DNA of 63,428 nucleotides, the filler included, from Octopus bimaculoides (Eukaryota), in the NCBI RefSeq assembly GCF_001194135.2. It is 6 parts of 6 records of this genome, joined end to end, with 100 filler letters (N's around TTAATTAATTAA, not from the genome) between each part and the next. Parts side by side here need not be neighbours in the genome. Positions count along the whole stretch, not along the records: positions 31,571 to 50,458 come from NC_068994.1; positions 50,559 to 54,933 come from NW_026370086.1; 4 more parts are not named here. One strand, given 5' to 3'. Made by a program: the position numbers and the translations under genes. The notes under the pieces were generated by a model. That model made no database searches. It was not told the DNA's origin and worked only from the letters and a program-made list of their open reading frames with translations. Positions 39,614 to 51,637 of the stretch are shown here, one piece after another (position 1 is the first letter of the stretch; each line of letters starts with the position of its first letter).

Positions 39614-42600
39614 CTGTTTTTTGAAAATCAAAATGTGGGACAAAAAAGGTCGAGAAACATTGACCTTAGCATTTGATCATCTTTCTTTGAAGTAGATCTA
39701 TACAGGGTCTACTTCAACAAAATTGACATCATAACCCAAAAACTATGCCAGCTTATACAAAGATTGGAATTCTTTTTAATGTTCTTGCTATCTCAATGGT
39801 TTCTGATTTGGTGTCATGACCACTATTCACACCAGAAAAGTAATTGCTAATTCTTACTGTAGGACCCAAGTGAGTTTTCTACCACAGTGTTCACATAATT
39901 TGTCTTAATATTTCACACAACCTGTCTACTAGCGAACCTCTTTTTCCAACTAATTTATATTATAAAATAGTGTATCTAATTCATTGTATGGTGACACACT
40001 ACCTGCAAACCAAACATATCTGTTTCTAGTCATTAATGCATTAATTGTTCTGGCAGTAAAAATAACCCTCTGTTTCTTGACTGCAGACACATCACATACA
40101 TCAATGATGGGTTCTAAAATCTCGTTTTCTTCTGAACTTAGCCCTAGCTTTTTTTGCACAAAAGCTAGAAATACTTTTTTACGGTTATATTCATCAGCTT
40201 CACTTGAGAATAGATTATGTCCCTTAGAGAACTTACCAATTCCTTACTGTGACTAATTTAGAGAATCTATTGGCCATCTCTCATTAATAATCATTGCAGA
40301 AAACCACTATATATTGTCCATACATAAACGCACTCACACGCGTGTGTGGGGTGGTGGTGTGAGTGTGCCCGCGCAATATATGTACAATTTATTTGCAAAG
40401 CAAGCGGTTTGATAGCTAAGCAATCCTAAACATTAGCTTATACAATTTAATACTTCCACCACCTAAAGTACAAAGACCTAAAGAATTATTGGATACATTT
40501 TATTTACTTCCAATGCTCTTAACCCCACCACCCAAACAACTATCAAATACAATTGTCTATTTTCCGAAATTTCTTGCAGCTGTTTCATACATAATATGCA
40601 ATATGCCTTACATGTTAAGCCTGTAGTCGTCTCAACGTATTTGTAACAAAATTTCCACTGTAGTTGTAAAGAAGTATTTTGGAAATTGTTATAAGCTAGA
40701 ATAGGCTTTCTGCTGTTGAAATTACCTCAGCTATCCCCCCACCCACTCACCCAGCTGTTTCAAATATTGTATTTTATTTTATCATTTTAGAAGAGATGAA
40801 TTTATGAAGTATATTGAATTTATGAAACGTATAATTTATAAGATTATGAATATTGAAACACGCCAGTTAAACAGCTAGTCGACTTGCTGATTATATGGAT
40901 GCATATATATATATATCTATATATATATACATACACACACACACATATGCATATCCATACACACATGTACAAATACTAATACACACACACACATGCAGAC
41001 GTATGTATGTAATAAATGAAGGGAAAAACTATGTTTCACACAGAATGAGTCGATAGAACTGTTGCGTTCATGTTACTTCTGTCTGAAATAGCGTTAAGCT
41101 TTCTACTTTACAGAGAACATCGATTAAATTTGCTTCTTATAGATTTCATTCACTGAAACAAGATATGTATGTGGGAATAGCAAAGGTGTAATTCTTAGTC
41201 ATTCAAATGTTTTGTCGAACGTATCTATATTTCTATCTACAATCGATTGATGTAGCAATAAAACTGGTGACTATAATAAAGATGAATGTTAAGTTAGAGC
41301 GTCTGTCTGAAAACAGATATAGAGTAACATCTTGTATATGAATGATTACGTCAACTAAGATATTCAAATACAAGTATATAGCTATAGATTTATAGTTATG
41401 CATAACATTGTTCTGTCTTCTTATGCTTAAATGTGGACTATATATGTCAAGATTGAAAGAAAAGAAAGGAGAGGTAGAAGTATTCAGCTCTCAAGTTCCA
41501 CATTATTTTTCTTTCCTCCTTTTCCGAAGAGTGTAGGAACAATCCGAACCACGTTCTCACATAAAGTTGGCTGGCAACTAAACAAATTAAAGAAAGTGGA
41601 CTAAATTATGATGATTTCATTTGATAATATGATTTACATTATAAACATATTTGTTAAGAATTTCCTGAAGCTTAGTTAGCTTGTATTTGATATGATCATA
41701 AATGTATTTATAGAAATTTAAAGCACACTCATTATAATCTTGTTTACAGTGGCTACTTCATGTAACATACAAGGTAGTCAATTACTATGCATATTTAGTC
41801 AATAGATTGCAATAATGGGATTGCTATTGAATATTTGAATGAATAAACACATCTATTCGATTGGTAGGTTTCTCTCGAAAGGTAATCATTTATTCGTAGT
41901 GAAAATATATGGATAATATTGAAAGAAATTATGCGAATTTTTTTTTAACCTTACGGAAAACTACTAAGCATGCGTCGTAAATTGTACTGCAACAAAAGGA
42001 AATTGAAAAAAAAAAAGTATATTGAAATAAGACAACTTATGTCAAAAATAAAAATATAAACTGTATATATATTATACCAATCCAATCTAGACAGTAAAAT
42101 AAACGTGATTAAGAGGTCGTAACGAAATTGGCGATTATTTTCAGGTTACACCGAAGAAGTTTATATATGTGGGTTCATTGTTAAAAAATGTCTATATTAA
42201 TAAGTGTGCTATTTTCCGAACCATTATTTAATTTGCAGTCAAAACGGAAGTGCGAATGTGAGGCCAAACGTAATACCAACACTTATATTAGATAAAAGAA
42301 AGATAGCTAATAAGAAATGCAGAAATTTAAACACGTAGTATACGTTATACAAATGAGATTAAAATGGTTTTTAAATGTGACAGGAACAAAATTAAGTATA
42401 TTTTGTATATGAGTTATTAGTTTGACTTTTTTAACTATTCTATCCACTTTTTGTGCAAATGCTATATAAGTAAGGAAATACCGACATTTCATTTCATTTG
42501 TAAAACTATATTTTCGGAACTGTTTCGATATATTATATATAGATTTTACCCTATTTAATCGTTAGCATTTGATTATTTTAGTAGAAGTTTTTATTTTTCA

Positions 42601-44334
42601 ATTAAAAAAAATTTTTGTAGTACCTTTCCCCATTTTTTTTTTATTTGTTTAGAATTTACTTTACACTCTTAACTGGTATTTTATAAATACCACACTGCAA
42701 GTCTTTTTCTTACTCTATACTGTTTTCCACATGTGTATTATTTGCCGAACAGTACATCTAATCTAGTGGAAGACAGTAGAAATATAAATAAAAAAAAAAT
42801 ACATTCTAAGTGGTTTGTTTGAAATAATAAATAAATAGATAAGAAGCTTTAATTTTGACAAATGAATTCTATTGAAATTGATTTTAGTAATAATTTAATT
42901 CATTCTAAGTGAAGGGAGGTAACTGGAACAATCTATTTTTGCAGCTACAAAAAAGATGAAAAATAGCTCGAAGCAGATTTCACGAGGTCACTTGTAAATT
43001 GAATGATTCAATAATACAGATACAATCACAAGAGGAAATAGAAGTAGCAAATAAAGTCTCTTACGTTCATGTAGTTGGTTATGAAAGGAGAAATGTAGGT
43101 TAATTTAAGCGAAGTGAAAGGAACACGCATCTATAATTCAAGCTGCGAGACCGGTGAAAACGTGTGATACACCCTCTTTGCTGAGCAGAACAGAGTAAGA
43201 AGTAGAAAAATTGTGGGAGAGGAAGATATGCAGTAACCTTTAGTTCGCTATGCCTTTTAATTTAATCAATCATTCTTTGTTTTTCTTCTTTTTATTTAGC
43301 GTTATACAAACAATGAAGCTAGGAAGCGTAGTCAATTTAGAAAAGGCATTTGTTTTCTTACTATATTTAAAATACAATCCATTTTATCAAGCTAATTAAA
43401 TGATAGCAGTAAATTAAAAGATGTTCAGTGAGATTTAGCAGTTCAAATATAAAAGAGTGCCAGTCTCGTTTATTGCCTTTTGCAGTCTCTCCTTCCTCTT
43501 TGTTTATTCATAATTGATTTATGGTAAGGCAAGCGAATTTCTGTAATCTTACAGGACTTCACCTCTAAAAATCATTCTACCTACTTCTTATACAAACATT
43601 TCTGTGGCTATTTAAGTCTTCTTTCTTCCGCTTTAGTTTTTTTTTTTATCATTAATTTTTATTTGTACATATCGCATGACGAACACTTCCATTACTGAAT
43701 AAATAAAATATGGAGTGTAAGAGGAAGAAATAAAAGTAGCTATCATGATTATTATATAGCTATCACATATATACATGTGCGTGTGTGTGTGTGTTGTAAA
43801 ATGCTTACTACAATATTTGGAAGATCGCTAGCATAAGAGAAAAGACAAAAAAAAAAAAAAAAAAAAAAAAAAGCACCATAATGCGGAACTATCAAAGTGA
43901 AAAAGAAACTTATGGTCAATTCACAAATGTAAGTAAACGTACAAGGCCCCGGCGTTATTGCACAATATTAAATTTATACGGGTTAAGACAAAGAAGAACA
44001 GCTCCCCTCTCACTTAGTGTACGATTGTGAATACCTACTAGACAATAAGTGGGATTAGCATTAAAATATACAATAGTAATTAATAAGTTACTTAGTGCAG
44101 AAAAAAAAAAAACGAATACACAAAAACACGCGAATATAAAAATATATGTATATAAAAAAAATATATATATGTATACGTGTAAGAAATTATATATATGTAT
44201 GTTTGTATGTGTGTGTGTGTGCGCGCGCGCAAGGTATGTGTGCGCAGTGTGTGTGTGTGTGTGTGTATGTGCGCGCAGGGTATGTGTGCGCGGTGTATGT
44301 GTGCGTGTGTATATATATCATATTTCTTTTTTAT

Positions 44335-44663
44335 TATTTTACTTGTTTCAGTCATTTGACTGCGGCCGTGCTGGAGCACCGCCTTTAGTCGAGCAATTCG
44401 ACCTCAGGACTTATTGTTTGTAAGCCTAGTACTTATTCTATCGGTCATTTTTGCTGAATCGCTAGTTTACGGGGATGTAAACACACCACCATCGGTTGTC
44501 AAGCGATGTTGGGGGGTGGGGGACAAATACACACACACACATATATAAACGACAGGCTTCTTTCAGATTCCGTCTACCAAATCCACTCCCAAGGTGCTAC
44601 AGTGGGAGTGAACCCGGAATTATGTGGCTGGTATGCAAGCTACTTACCATACAGCCACTCCTG
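44335..44663 (-). mobile_element. SINE family A with an internal deletion of ~45 bp
   Basis: Collinear with 4171-4601 but jumps from aaatccactc to ccaagg; the deletion is bounded by CAAGG-like microhomology. Confidence 0.9.
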
Positions 44664-45039
44664 CTATATATGTATGTATGTATGTATGCACACACACACA
44701 CACACACACACGTATATATTTAGAAGGTTAATGTTTTNNNNNNNNNNNNNNNNNNNNNNNNNNNNNNNNNNNNNNNNNNNNNNNNNNNNNNNNNNNNNNN
44801 NNNNNNNNNNNNNNNNNNNNNNNNNNNNNNNNNNNNNNNNNNNNNNNNNNNNNNNNNNNNNNNNNNNNNNNNNNNNNNNNNNNNNNNNNNNNNNNNNNNN
44901 NNNNNNNNNNNNNNNNNNNNNNNNNNNNNNNNNNNNNNNNCACACACACACACACACACACGCATACATATTTAGAAGATTTATGTTCTAGAGTGCACTT
45001 CTTTTTCGGACATATGAGCTACTGACAATATATATATAT

Positions 45040-45746
45040 GTTTATTTCTGTATTCCTCTCTGTTGAAGAGCGTAGGCTCAAAACATAAAAGACTTTCTCA
45101 CTTCCCGAGTGTTAAACTAATGCATCTCTTTGTAGTTTACACACCCGTCTTCGTCTTTTGTTTTGTTTATTTTTTAGTAAATTCCAACTATATATTGCAT
45201 GCTCACGTGGTCGCACCAGTTTCATCCTGTCTCTACCTCATTCACTTCGGACTTCTTCCTGGATTTTCTACATCATCTACACTTCGGACTTTTCTACCTG
45301 GATTTTCTACTCTCCTACACTTCAGACCTCTTACATTTCAGACTCCTACACTTCGGACTTCCACCTTGTTTTTCTGCACCTCTCCTACATACACATGGTT
45401 TACACTGAACTCTTCCGTTGATGAGAAATCGCTCCAATGTACCACGACGTTTGAACCTTTTGAACTTTCTGAACTGTTTTTGTACTTTCTGCTTTTTCCT
45501 ATTGTCGTTTTTTCTTACTCTGTTTTCTCTCAATCCGCACATTGCGCCATGATTAATCGCGACTAAATATTTTTTTAATTTTCTCTCTTTGTTTATTTCT
45601 GTGTTCTTTTCTGTTGAAGAACGTAGGCTAGAAACGTAAAAGACTTTCTCACTTCCCGAGCGTTAAACTAATACACCTGTTTGTTGTTTACACACCCGTC
45701 TTCGTCTTTAGTTTTGTTTATTTTTTTTTTAAATTCCAACTATATA
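45040..45746 (+). mobile_element. Non-autonomous element bounded by ~155-bp direct repeats carrying hammerhead-like motifs (Penelope pLTR / retrozyme-like)
   Basis: 45040-45194 and 45591-45746 are direct repeats offset by 551 nt. No ORF lies between them. About five internal ctacacttc(g/a)gact repeats at 45241-45362. Confidence 0.65.
45611..45643 (+). ncRNA. Minimal type I hammerhead-like motif, variant core (sister copy at 45060-45092)
   Basis: CTGTTGA-A-GA(G/A)C-GTAG-GCT(C/A)-GAAA-CG-TA. The two-copy consensus gives a 4-bp stem II, palindromic ACGT at stem III and a GUA site. The core has A6->U and each copy carries mutations. Confidence 0.4.
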
Positions 45747-45762
45747 TATATATATATATATA

Positions 45763-45800
<38 letters not shown>

Positions 45801-46558
45801 NNNNNNNNNNNNNNNNNNNNNNNNNNNNNNNNNNNNNNNNNNNNNNNNNNNNNNNNNNNNNNNNNNNNNNNNNNNNNNNNNNNNNNNNNNNNNNNNNNNN
45901 NNNNNNNNNNNNNNNNNNNNNNNNNNNNNNNNNNNNNNNNNNNNNNNNNNNNNNNNNNNNNNNNNNNNNNNNNNNNNNNNNNNNNNNNNNNNNNNNNNNN
46001 NNNNNNNNNNNNNNNNNNNNNNNNNNNNNNNNNNNNNNNNNNNNNNNNNNNNNNNNNNNNNNNNNNNNNNNNNNNNNNNNNNNNNNNNNNNNNNNNNNNN
46101 NNNNNNNNNNNNNNNNNNNNNNNNNNNNNNNNNNNNNNNNNNNNNNNNNNNNNNNNNNNNNNNNNNNNNNNNNNNNNNNNNNNNNNNNNNNNNNNNNNNN
46201 NNNNNNNNNNNNNNNNNNNNNNNNNNNNNNNNNNNNNNNNNNNNNNNNNNNNNNNNNNNNNNNNNNNNNNNNNNNNNNNNNNNNNNGCCAGGGATATGGG
46301 GAAGACGTTGGATAATCAAAAAGGCGGATGAGTCTTAGACCTACGGCTTGAAGGTTATAGCAGCCGAGCGGAAGATCTGCATCGTGAGATAACGGTTGGA
46401 TGTCTACTGGCAAATGATTTGCTACTGCGGGATAGCTCCATCGTCGACCGTGGTCTTTGTACTCTTGTATATCACTTCCTACCTGGCGTGGATGCTCAGA
46501 AAAGCAGTCTGGTGTGTGTGTGGGGGGGGGGTGATGCCAACTGCCTTACCATATAAAG

Positions 46559-46837
46559 CAGTGGTTCTCAACCATGGCCCATATGGCCCTTGGGAGTCCA
46601 TATATAATTTTGTTGTTGAAATTTATGTACAATAAATTGGTTATACTTCTTCAACCCACAAAATAATTTAACAATTTTTCCTAATACAATTCCTAATAGT
46701 ATTTAATTACAAAAATATAATAGGATTTTTTAAACATCAAGTGGCTATGATGGGTCACTCAAGTAAAATACGAATCAAAGGGGTCTATAGGTAAAAAAAT
46801 GGTTGAGAACCACTGATATAATGGTTGGGAACCACTG
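46559..46837. mobile_element. hAT (Charlie-like) MITE with a duplicated right TIR
   Basis: TIR CAGTGGTTCTCAACC (46559) and GGTTGAGAACCACTG (46801-46815), repeated at 46823-46837. The 8-bp TSD ATATAAAG occurs at 46551-46558 and 46838-46845. Confidence 0.9.
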
Positions 46838-47678
46838 ATATAAAGCATTTTGTTCAGAGAAGTGGCGATGGAATGAATGTGACGGTGGTTGGTGCAAGTA
46901 ACTGGAAGTTGCTAGCAAGAGTTTTGCACACAGGCAGCTCGATCCTGATGGTCGCAGTTACTGTTGAACCCCGAGCACCAGCAGGTTGAGGCAGCGGTGC
47001 GAGCACCCAGGAAGCCATTTTCAGGGAGCGCTACTTCCCCGATAGGAGAAGCCCTAAGAAAAGATGGGGTAAAGAAAGTGTGCTCAGAACAAAACCTGGC
47101 TGGTGTATGTATGTATTTATACAAGCATGCATGTGTGTCTGTATGCCTTGTGTGTTTATGTGTGTGTGTACACATATATTCATCATATATGCGTGTGTAT
47201 GTATATATACATATGTGTGTGTGTGTGTGTGTTTGAAGAGAGAGAGAGGGACAGAGAAAGTTATGCCCATGTTCTTTTCTCTTATTATTGTTTTGCTCTT
47301 TGTACTACGTCAAAACTCATTCTCGAGTGCGGAAAACCTATGTACAAGCGACGAACGCTATTAACGTCAGAACCGAATCTTGAATGGGTTAATTGTCCCG
47401 CGTTGAGAGCATTCAATCATACCTATTAATCAAAGTATAGATCCATTCCAGCCAATCTTGCCAATCGGTTTCGCACTAGATAACACACAGATAGCATCAC
47501 ATTCTCTTTAGAGACGGCAGGTATGGAAGAAATATGACGACTCCTCTCTGTAATTGGAGGTGAAAAATGTCACATCCAGTGTGTGGCTATGTGGTGGTTC
47601 AACGGTGTTGTTATCCAACATCCGGCTATCTAATACCCAGTGCAAATCCTATTGATAAGATTGGCTGAAATTAATGTA

Positions 47679-48842
47679 CAGGGTGCGTAAAGTATTTAAG
47701 GACATCTTTTTTGAGTCATTGCTGCATTTTTTGCTAACTCCTTATAATCTTTGTTTCAGAAAATAATAATGGCAGACCCTCAGCTTACTCAAGCTGTGGT
47801 TATAAAAGCTGAGCACAGCGATTTAGAAATATCTCGATTTTTAAAAGTTGCCAGATCTTTCGTCTACAAGGTTTGTAAGGAGCTAGAGACAGAAGATGAA
47901 AACGTATTACCAGTATCAAAGCTTAAAAAGCATTCTGAACGCTCTGAATCATCAGAAAACCTTAATTTATCCAGCAACTTCAACAGGCTATTGATTACAA
48001 TCCCAGAAAGTCCATGAGGAAAATTGCAAAAGATCTCCATGTGTCAGAAGGAACAGTCAGCAATGTTGTCGACGAAGACATCAAATATAAGTCTTATATG
48101 ATGAGGAAATGTCAATTTGTCAGAGAAAGCAAAAGAAAATCACTACATCAGATCTAAAAAGCTCTTAAACAAACTGAAAACTCCAGCAGAAGATCTGATT
48201 TGGTTTTTATCAAACGAGAAAAACTTTGACCAAGATCAAAAAGTTTGCAGAAAAAGCTCTAAGTGTTATGCATACAAAATTTCCTGCAACTGTCACTGTT
48301 TTAAGGGTTGTCAGCAATGAAGGACATGTGATGCCTCCTTCTTTTCACAAGGCCTGCCTACATTGAGGTTCTTGATAGACAGTGTATGCAAGGGAAGGCC
48401 AAATGTTTTTCAGTAAGACTCTGCACTATCACACATGGTTCTAGTAACACAGGAATGGATGGTTAAAAAACTTCATGATCACATAACCCCTAACATTTGG
48501 CCTCCTAATCCCCCAGATCACAATCCATTGGACTATGTGAAGCATCGTTGAGAGAGAGATCAATGAACACGCCCATAATACCAAAGATTCTTTGAAAACT
48601 GCCATAGTCAAAGTAATGTCCAAAATGAACCAGGGCCATTTGATTCGAGCATGTAGATGATTTAGATCTCATATAGAAGCAGTTGTTGAAGTCGAAGGTA
48701 GCTTTATTAAATAACATTATAGAAAAGAAGGCTTATTTTTATCTTCATAACATTTTTTGATAAAGAAAGTCATTATCTGTTATTATATATTTGTTTTTTT
48801 TTTATATAAGCAAATCTATCCCCAAATAGCTTACGCACCCTG
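47679..48842 (+). mobile_element. Full-length but inactivated maT-family (DD37D) Tc1/mariner element
   Basis: TA|CAGGGTGCGTAAAGTATTT...AAATAGCTTACGCACCCTG|TA TIRs. Motifs WFLSNEKNFDQDQKV, FPATV.VL.VVSNEGHVMPP, FQ*DSA (D at 48417) and WPPNPPDHNPLDY (D at 48531), with 37 residues between; stops and frameshifts. Confidence 0.92.
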
Positions 48843-49059
48843 TATAACACTTTATACTTTGCTTAACATACCCATTCTGAAAAATATACTAATGCATAGT
48901 TTTTCANNNNNNNNNNNNNNNNNNNNNNNNNNNNNNNNNNNNNNNNNNNNNNNNNNNNNNNNNNNNNNNNNNNNNNNNNNNNNNNNNNNNNNNNNNNNNN
49001 NNNNNNNNNNNNNNNNNNNNNNNNNNNNNNNNNNNNNNNNNNNNNNNNNNTATATATAT

Positions 49060-49458
49060 TATGAGGGTAGGCCGGTTTATGGAGTTACCCTGGTTTTCTC
49101 GCTCATAAGAGGTTTAGCCTTACGACGTATCTTCAGACCCCAAACACTGCTGGCTTGAAACTTCTTTAAAATATGGAGGGGGAAAAGCCTTGTTTTTAAG
49201 AGTAAAAAACCTGGGTGATTATCTCCCTTTGCCATTGTCCAGCAATCTTCGGTCGCGCTGCCATCTTGCGGTCACCAAAGCACCAAGAAAGTAAACGATT
49301 GTCTCCCTTCGGCCTTGGCTATTGGTTTCCGGCTGCGGTGCCACCATGTGAATTCCAAAAAGCCAACAGAAATTTTCTAAAATGCAGGCATGGTCTAAAA
49401 ATCTCCGTCATGGAGTTCAGGATACCTTCTGGCACAAGTGAGTCTTTAAGGATTCTCG
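49060..49458 (+). mobile_element. Possible 5' end of another DNA transposon (unclassified)
   Basis: Starts TA-TGAGGGTAGG, resembling mariner CGAGGG ends, and contains gcgctgccatcttg. No clear transposase motif. Confidence 0.25.
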
Positions 49459-49509
49459 GGACGAAACGGTGCAATGCTTAACTTGCACCGTTTCGTCCTG
49501 TTGATGTAG

Positions 49510-50407
49510 GGGCCTGGGTTCTCGAGTATTTTCCATGCAATCGAGCATTATCCTGATGGGAGAACACCTTTCATCTTGAAACCAAAGATGGTCATTTTTC
49601 TTCTAGTGCTGATTGAAGCCGCTCAAGCTACTCGCACTAGATCTCCTTTGTTATAGTTTAGTTTGGGTTTAAAGGTTCAAAGTGCACTAAACCTTTCATA
49701 TCCCACAAACAGGTAACAGCACCTTACATGAGTGAAGACCTTCTTTAGCCTGCGGTGCCGGTGTTTCTCCTTTCCCTGCCCACTGTCTTCGGCGCTTGAC
49801 ATTTTAATAGAGAACCCAATTCTCGTCACCAGTCAATATTCGGTTCAAAAAAGGTTCATTCGTGAGACGTGACAGCAAAGAAGTGCACACATTCACTCGC
49901 TATGTGCGATTAGACTTGGAAAGTTTGTGAGGAATCCATTGACCCAATTTGCTGACTTTTCCGATGACACGCAGGTGTCAATGAATGGTTACGATGAGAT
50001 TTTGTTTCACTAGCGTTTGCAGGATGTCCTCGTCGAGCTCTACAGATCTTCCAGGATGTCGCTCATCTTCTAGGCTGTAGTTTCCGACTCGGAATATCTG
50101 GAGCTACCGTTGACACTGGCTTACGCTTATTGTCCGATCCCCATATACTACATTAATATTCCTTGTACTTTCCGGTGAACTCATAAAGCAAAATATGCCG
50201 AATATGCTCCTTTCTCACTTCCATTATAGGTTTGAAAAATAAACTGTTAAAATCGAACTGCACTCTTCAAAACTTGCACAAAGAATAAAGACAAGGTAAA
50301 ATTACTACCTGCTTTTATAGCAAGTTGATGCAGGTAGTTTATCCCGTCTCCCTCCGACTTTTAGTTAATGTAATTGAAAAAACCGCATTATTTATGGGAT
50401 AACCCAA
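49510..50407 (-). mobile_element. mariner transposon, 3'-truncated pseudogene
   Basis: Left TIR TTGGGTTATCCCATAAATAATGCGGTTTT flanked by TA. ATG at 50224 gives MEVRKEHIRHILLYEF, then WIPHKLS, ILTGDENWVLY (49822-49833) and HQDNAR (49545-49558). The region with the third catalytic residue is absent. Confidence 0.88.
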
Positions 50408-50566
50408 TATATATATATGTATATTTGTATTTGTATATCTATATATATATATATATATNNNNNNNNNNNNNNNNNNNNNNNNNNNNNNNNNNNNNNNNNN
50501 NNTTAATTAATTAANNNNNNNNNNNNNNNNNNNNNNNNNNNNNNNNNNNNNNNNNNNNATTATTAT

Positions 50567-50600
<34 letters not shown>

Positions 50601-50601
<1 letters not shown>

Positions 50602-50802
50602 AGGCGGTGAGCTGGCAGAATCTTTAGCACACCGGGAAAAATGCTTTGCTGCATTACGTCCGGCTTTATGCTCTGAGTTCAAATTCTGCCGTGGTCGATT
50701 TTACTTTCATCCTTTCAGGGTCGATAAACACTGGTGGGGGGAGGGCGTAACCGACTATTCCCTCCCCCGAATTTCAGGTCTTGTACCTATAATAGAAGGG
50801 GA
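50601..50802 (+). mobile_element. SINE family B, near full length
   Basis: aaggcggtgagctggcagaatc..ctgagttcaaattctgccg..gggtcgataaa..tttcaggtcttgtacctataatagaagg. Confidence 0.85.
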
Positions 50803-50839
50803 TATTATTATCATTATTATTATTATTATTATTATTATT

Positions 50840-51260
50840 GAGTGAGTGAGCAGCGCATGCCATCATAGTGACACTGGGGTACCCAATATACGAAGCCCAA
50901 TATACCCATCATGACTACCCGTATGATAATTGGAGGCCAGGCACATGCATCACAACCATATGTGCACGACATGGTGATCTCATATCAAGATAAACGGTGC
51001 ATGACCTTACAGGTGGGGCCCAGTTAGAATTTTCTTCACGTCGTGTAGCCCATCCCTCTCAAAGGGTCCCTGAACAAGGATGGTTTAAGGATGGATGATG
51101 AACGAAACACACATGTTTCAAGGCATGTATTGTTCAAACCCCCTAAAATCCCTATCAGTACATGGCTATGATGCTCACCCGCTACCGCTTCTCGTGATCA
51201 GAAATGCACATAACGTCAGCCCCTTAAGGGAAGGGCTCAACTGGCAAGCAAATCTGCAGT
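50840..51260 (-). repeat. Interspersed repeat (SINE or LINE 3' end) with an (AAT)n tail at ~50810-50838
   Basis: A GC-richer block (gcatgccatcatagtgacactgggg..catgactaccc..gtggggcccagttagaattttc) that I recognise as a common octopus repeat. Single copy here; the family name is not established. Confidence 0.5.
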
Positions 51261-51384
51261 ATTCAGTAGAATATTTGCTCTAGCCCTTCCCCATCCTATA
51301 TGTAAATCCCTGCTCAAGCTGTTGTCTGTGCCCAGTGATGCCTCCCCCCCTCAACTATGCCACTGTAGCAAATAAAAGATATCA

Positions 51385-51560
51385 TGCTTAGTGCATTTCG
51401 TCCGTCTTTACGTTTTGAGTTCAAATTCCGCCGAGGTCGACTTTGCCTTTCATCCTTTCGAGATCGATAAAATAAGGATCAGTTGTTGAACACTGGGGTC
51501 GATGTAATCGACTCATCCCTACCACCCCCAAGCTGCCCTTGTGGCAAAAATTTGAAATAA
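51385..51560 (+). mobile_element. SINE family B, 3' two-thirds, followed by (AAT)n/(TAT)n
   Basis: gcttagtgcatttcgtccgtctttacgttttgagttcaaattccgccgaggtcgactttgcctttcatcctttcg..ggggtcgatgtaatcgact. Confidence 0.9.
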
Positions 51561-51587
51561 TAATAATAATAATAATAATAATAATTG

Positions 51588-51637
<50 letters not shown>

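Noticed and set aside
44698-44990. Direct repeat (CA)n-gtatatatttagaag.tt.atgtt on both sides of a gap
   Set aside because: Imperfect copies flanking an N-run; may be haplotype overlap or assembly redundancy and cannot be interpreted.
49440-49498. Complete hammerhead ribozyme at the palindrome
   Set aside because: The conserved CUGANGA core is absent on both strands at the required position.
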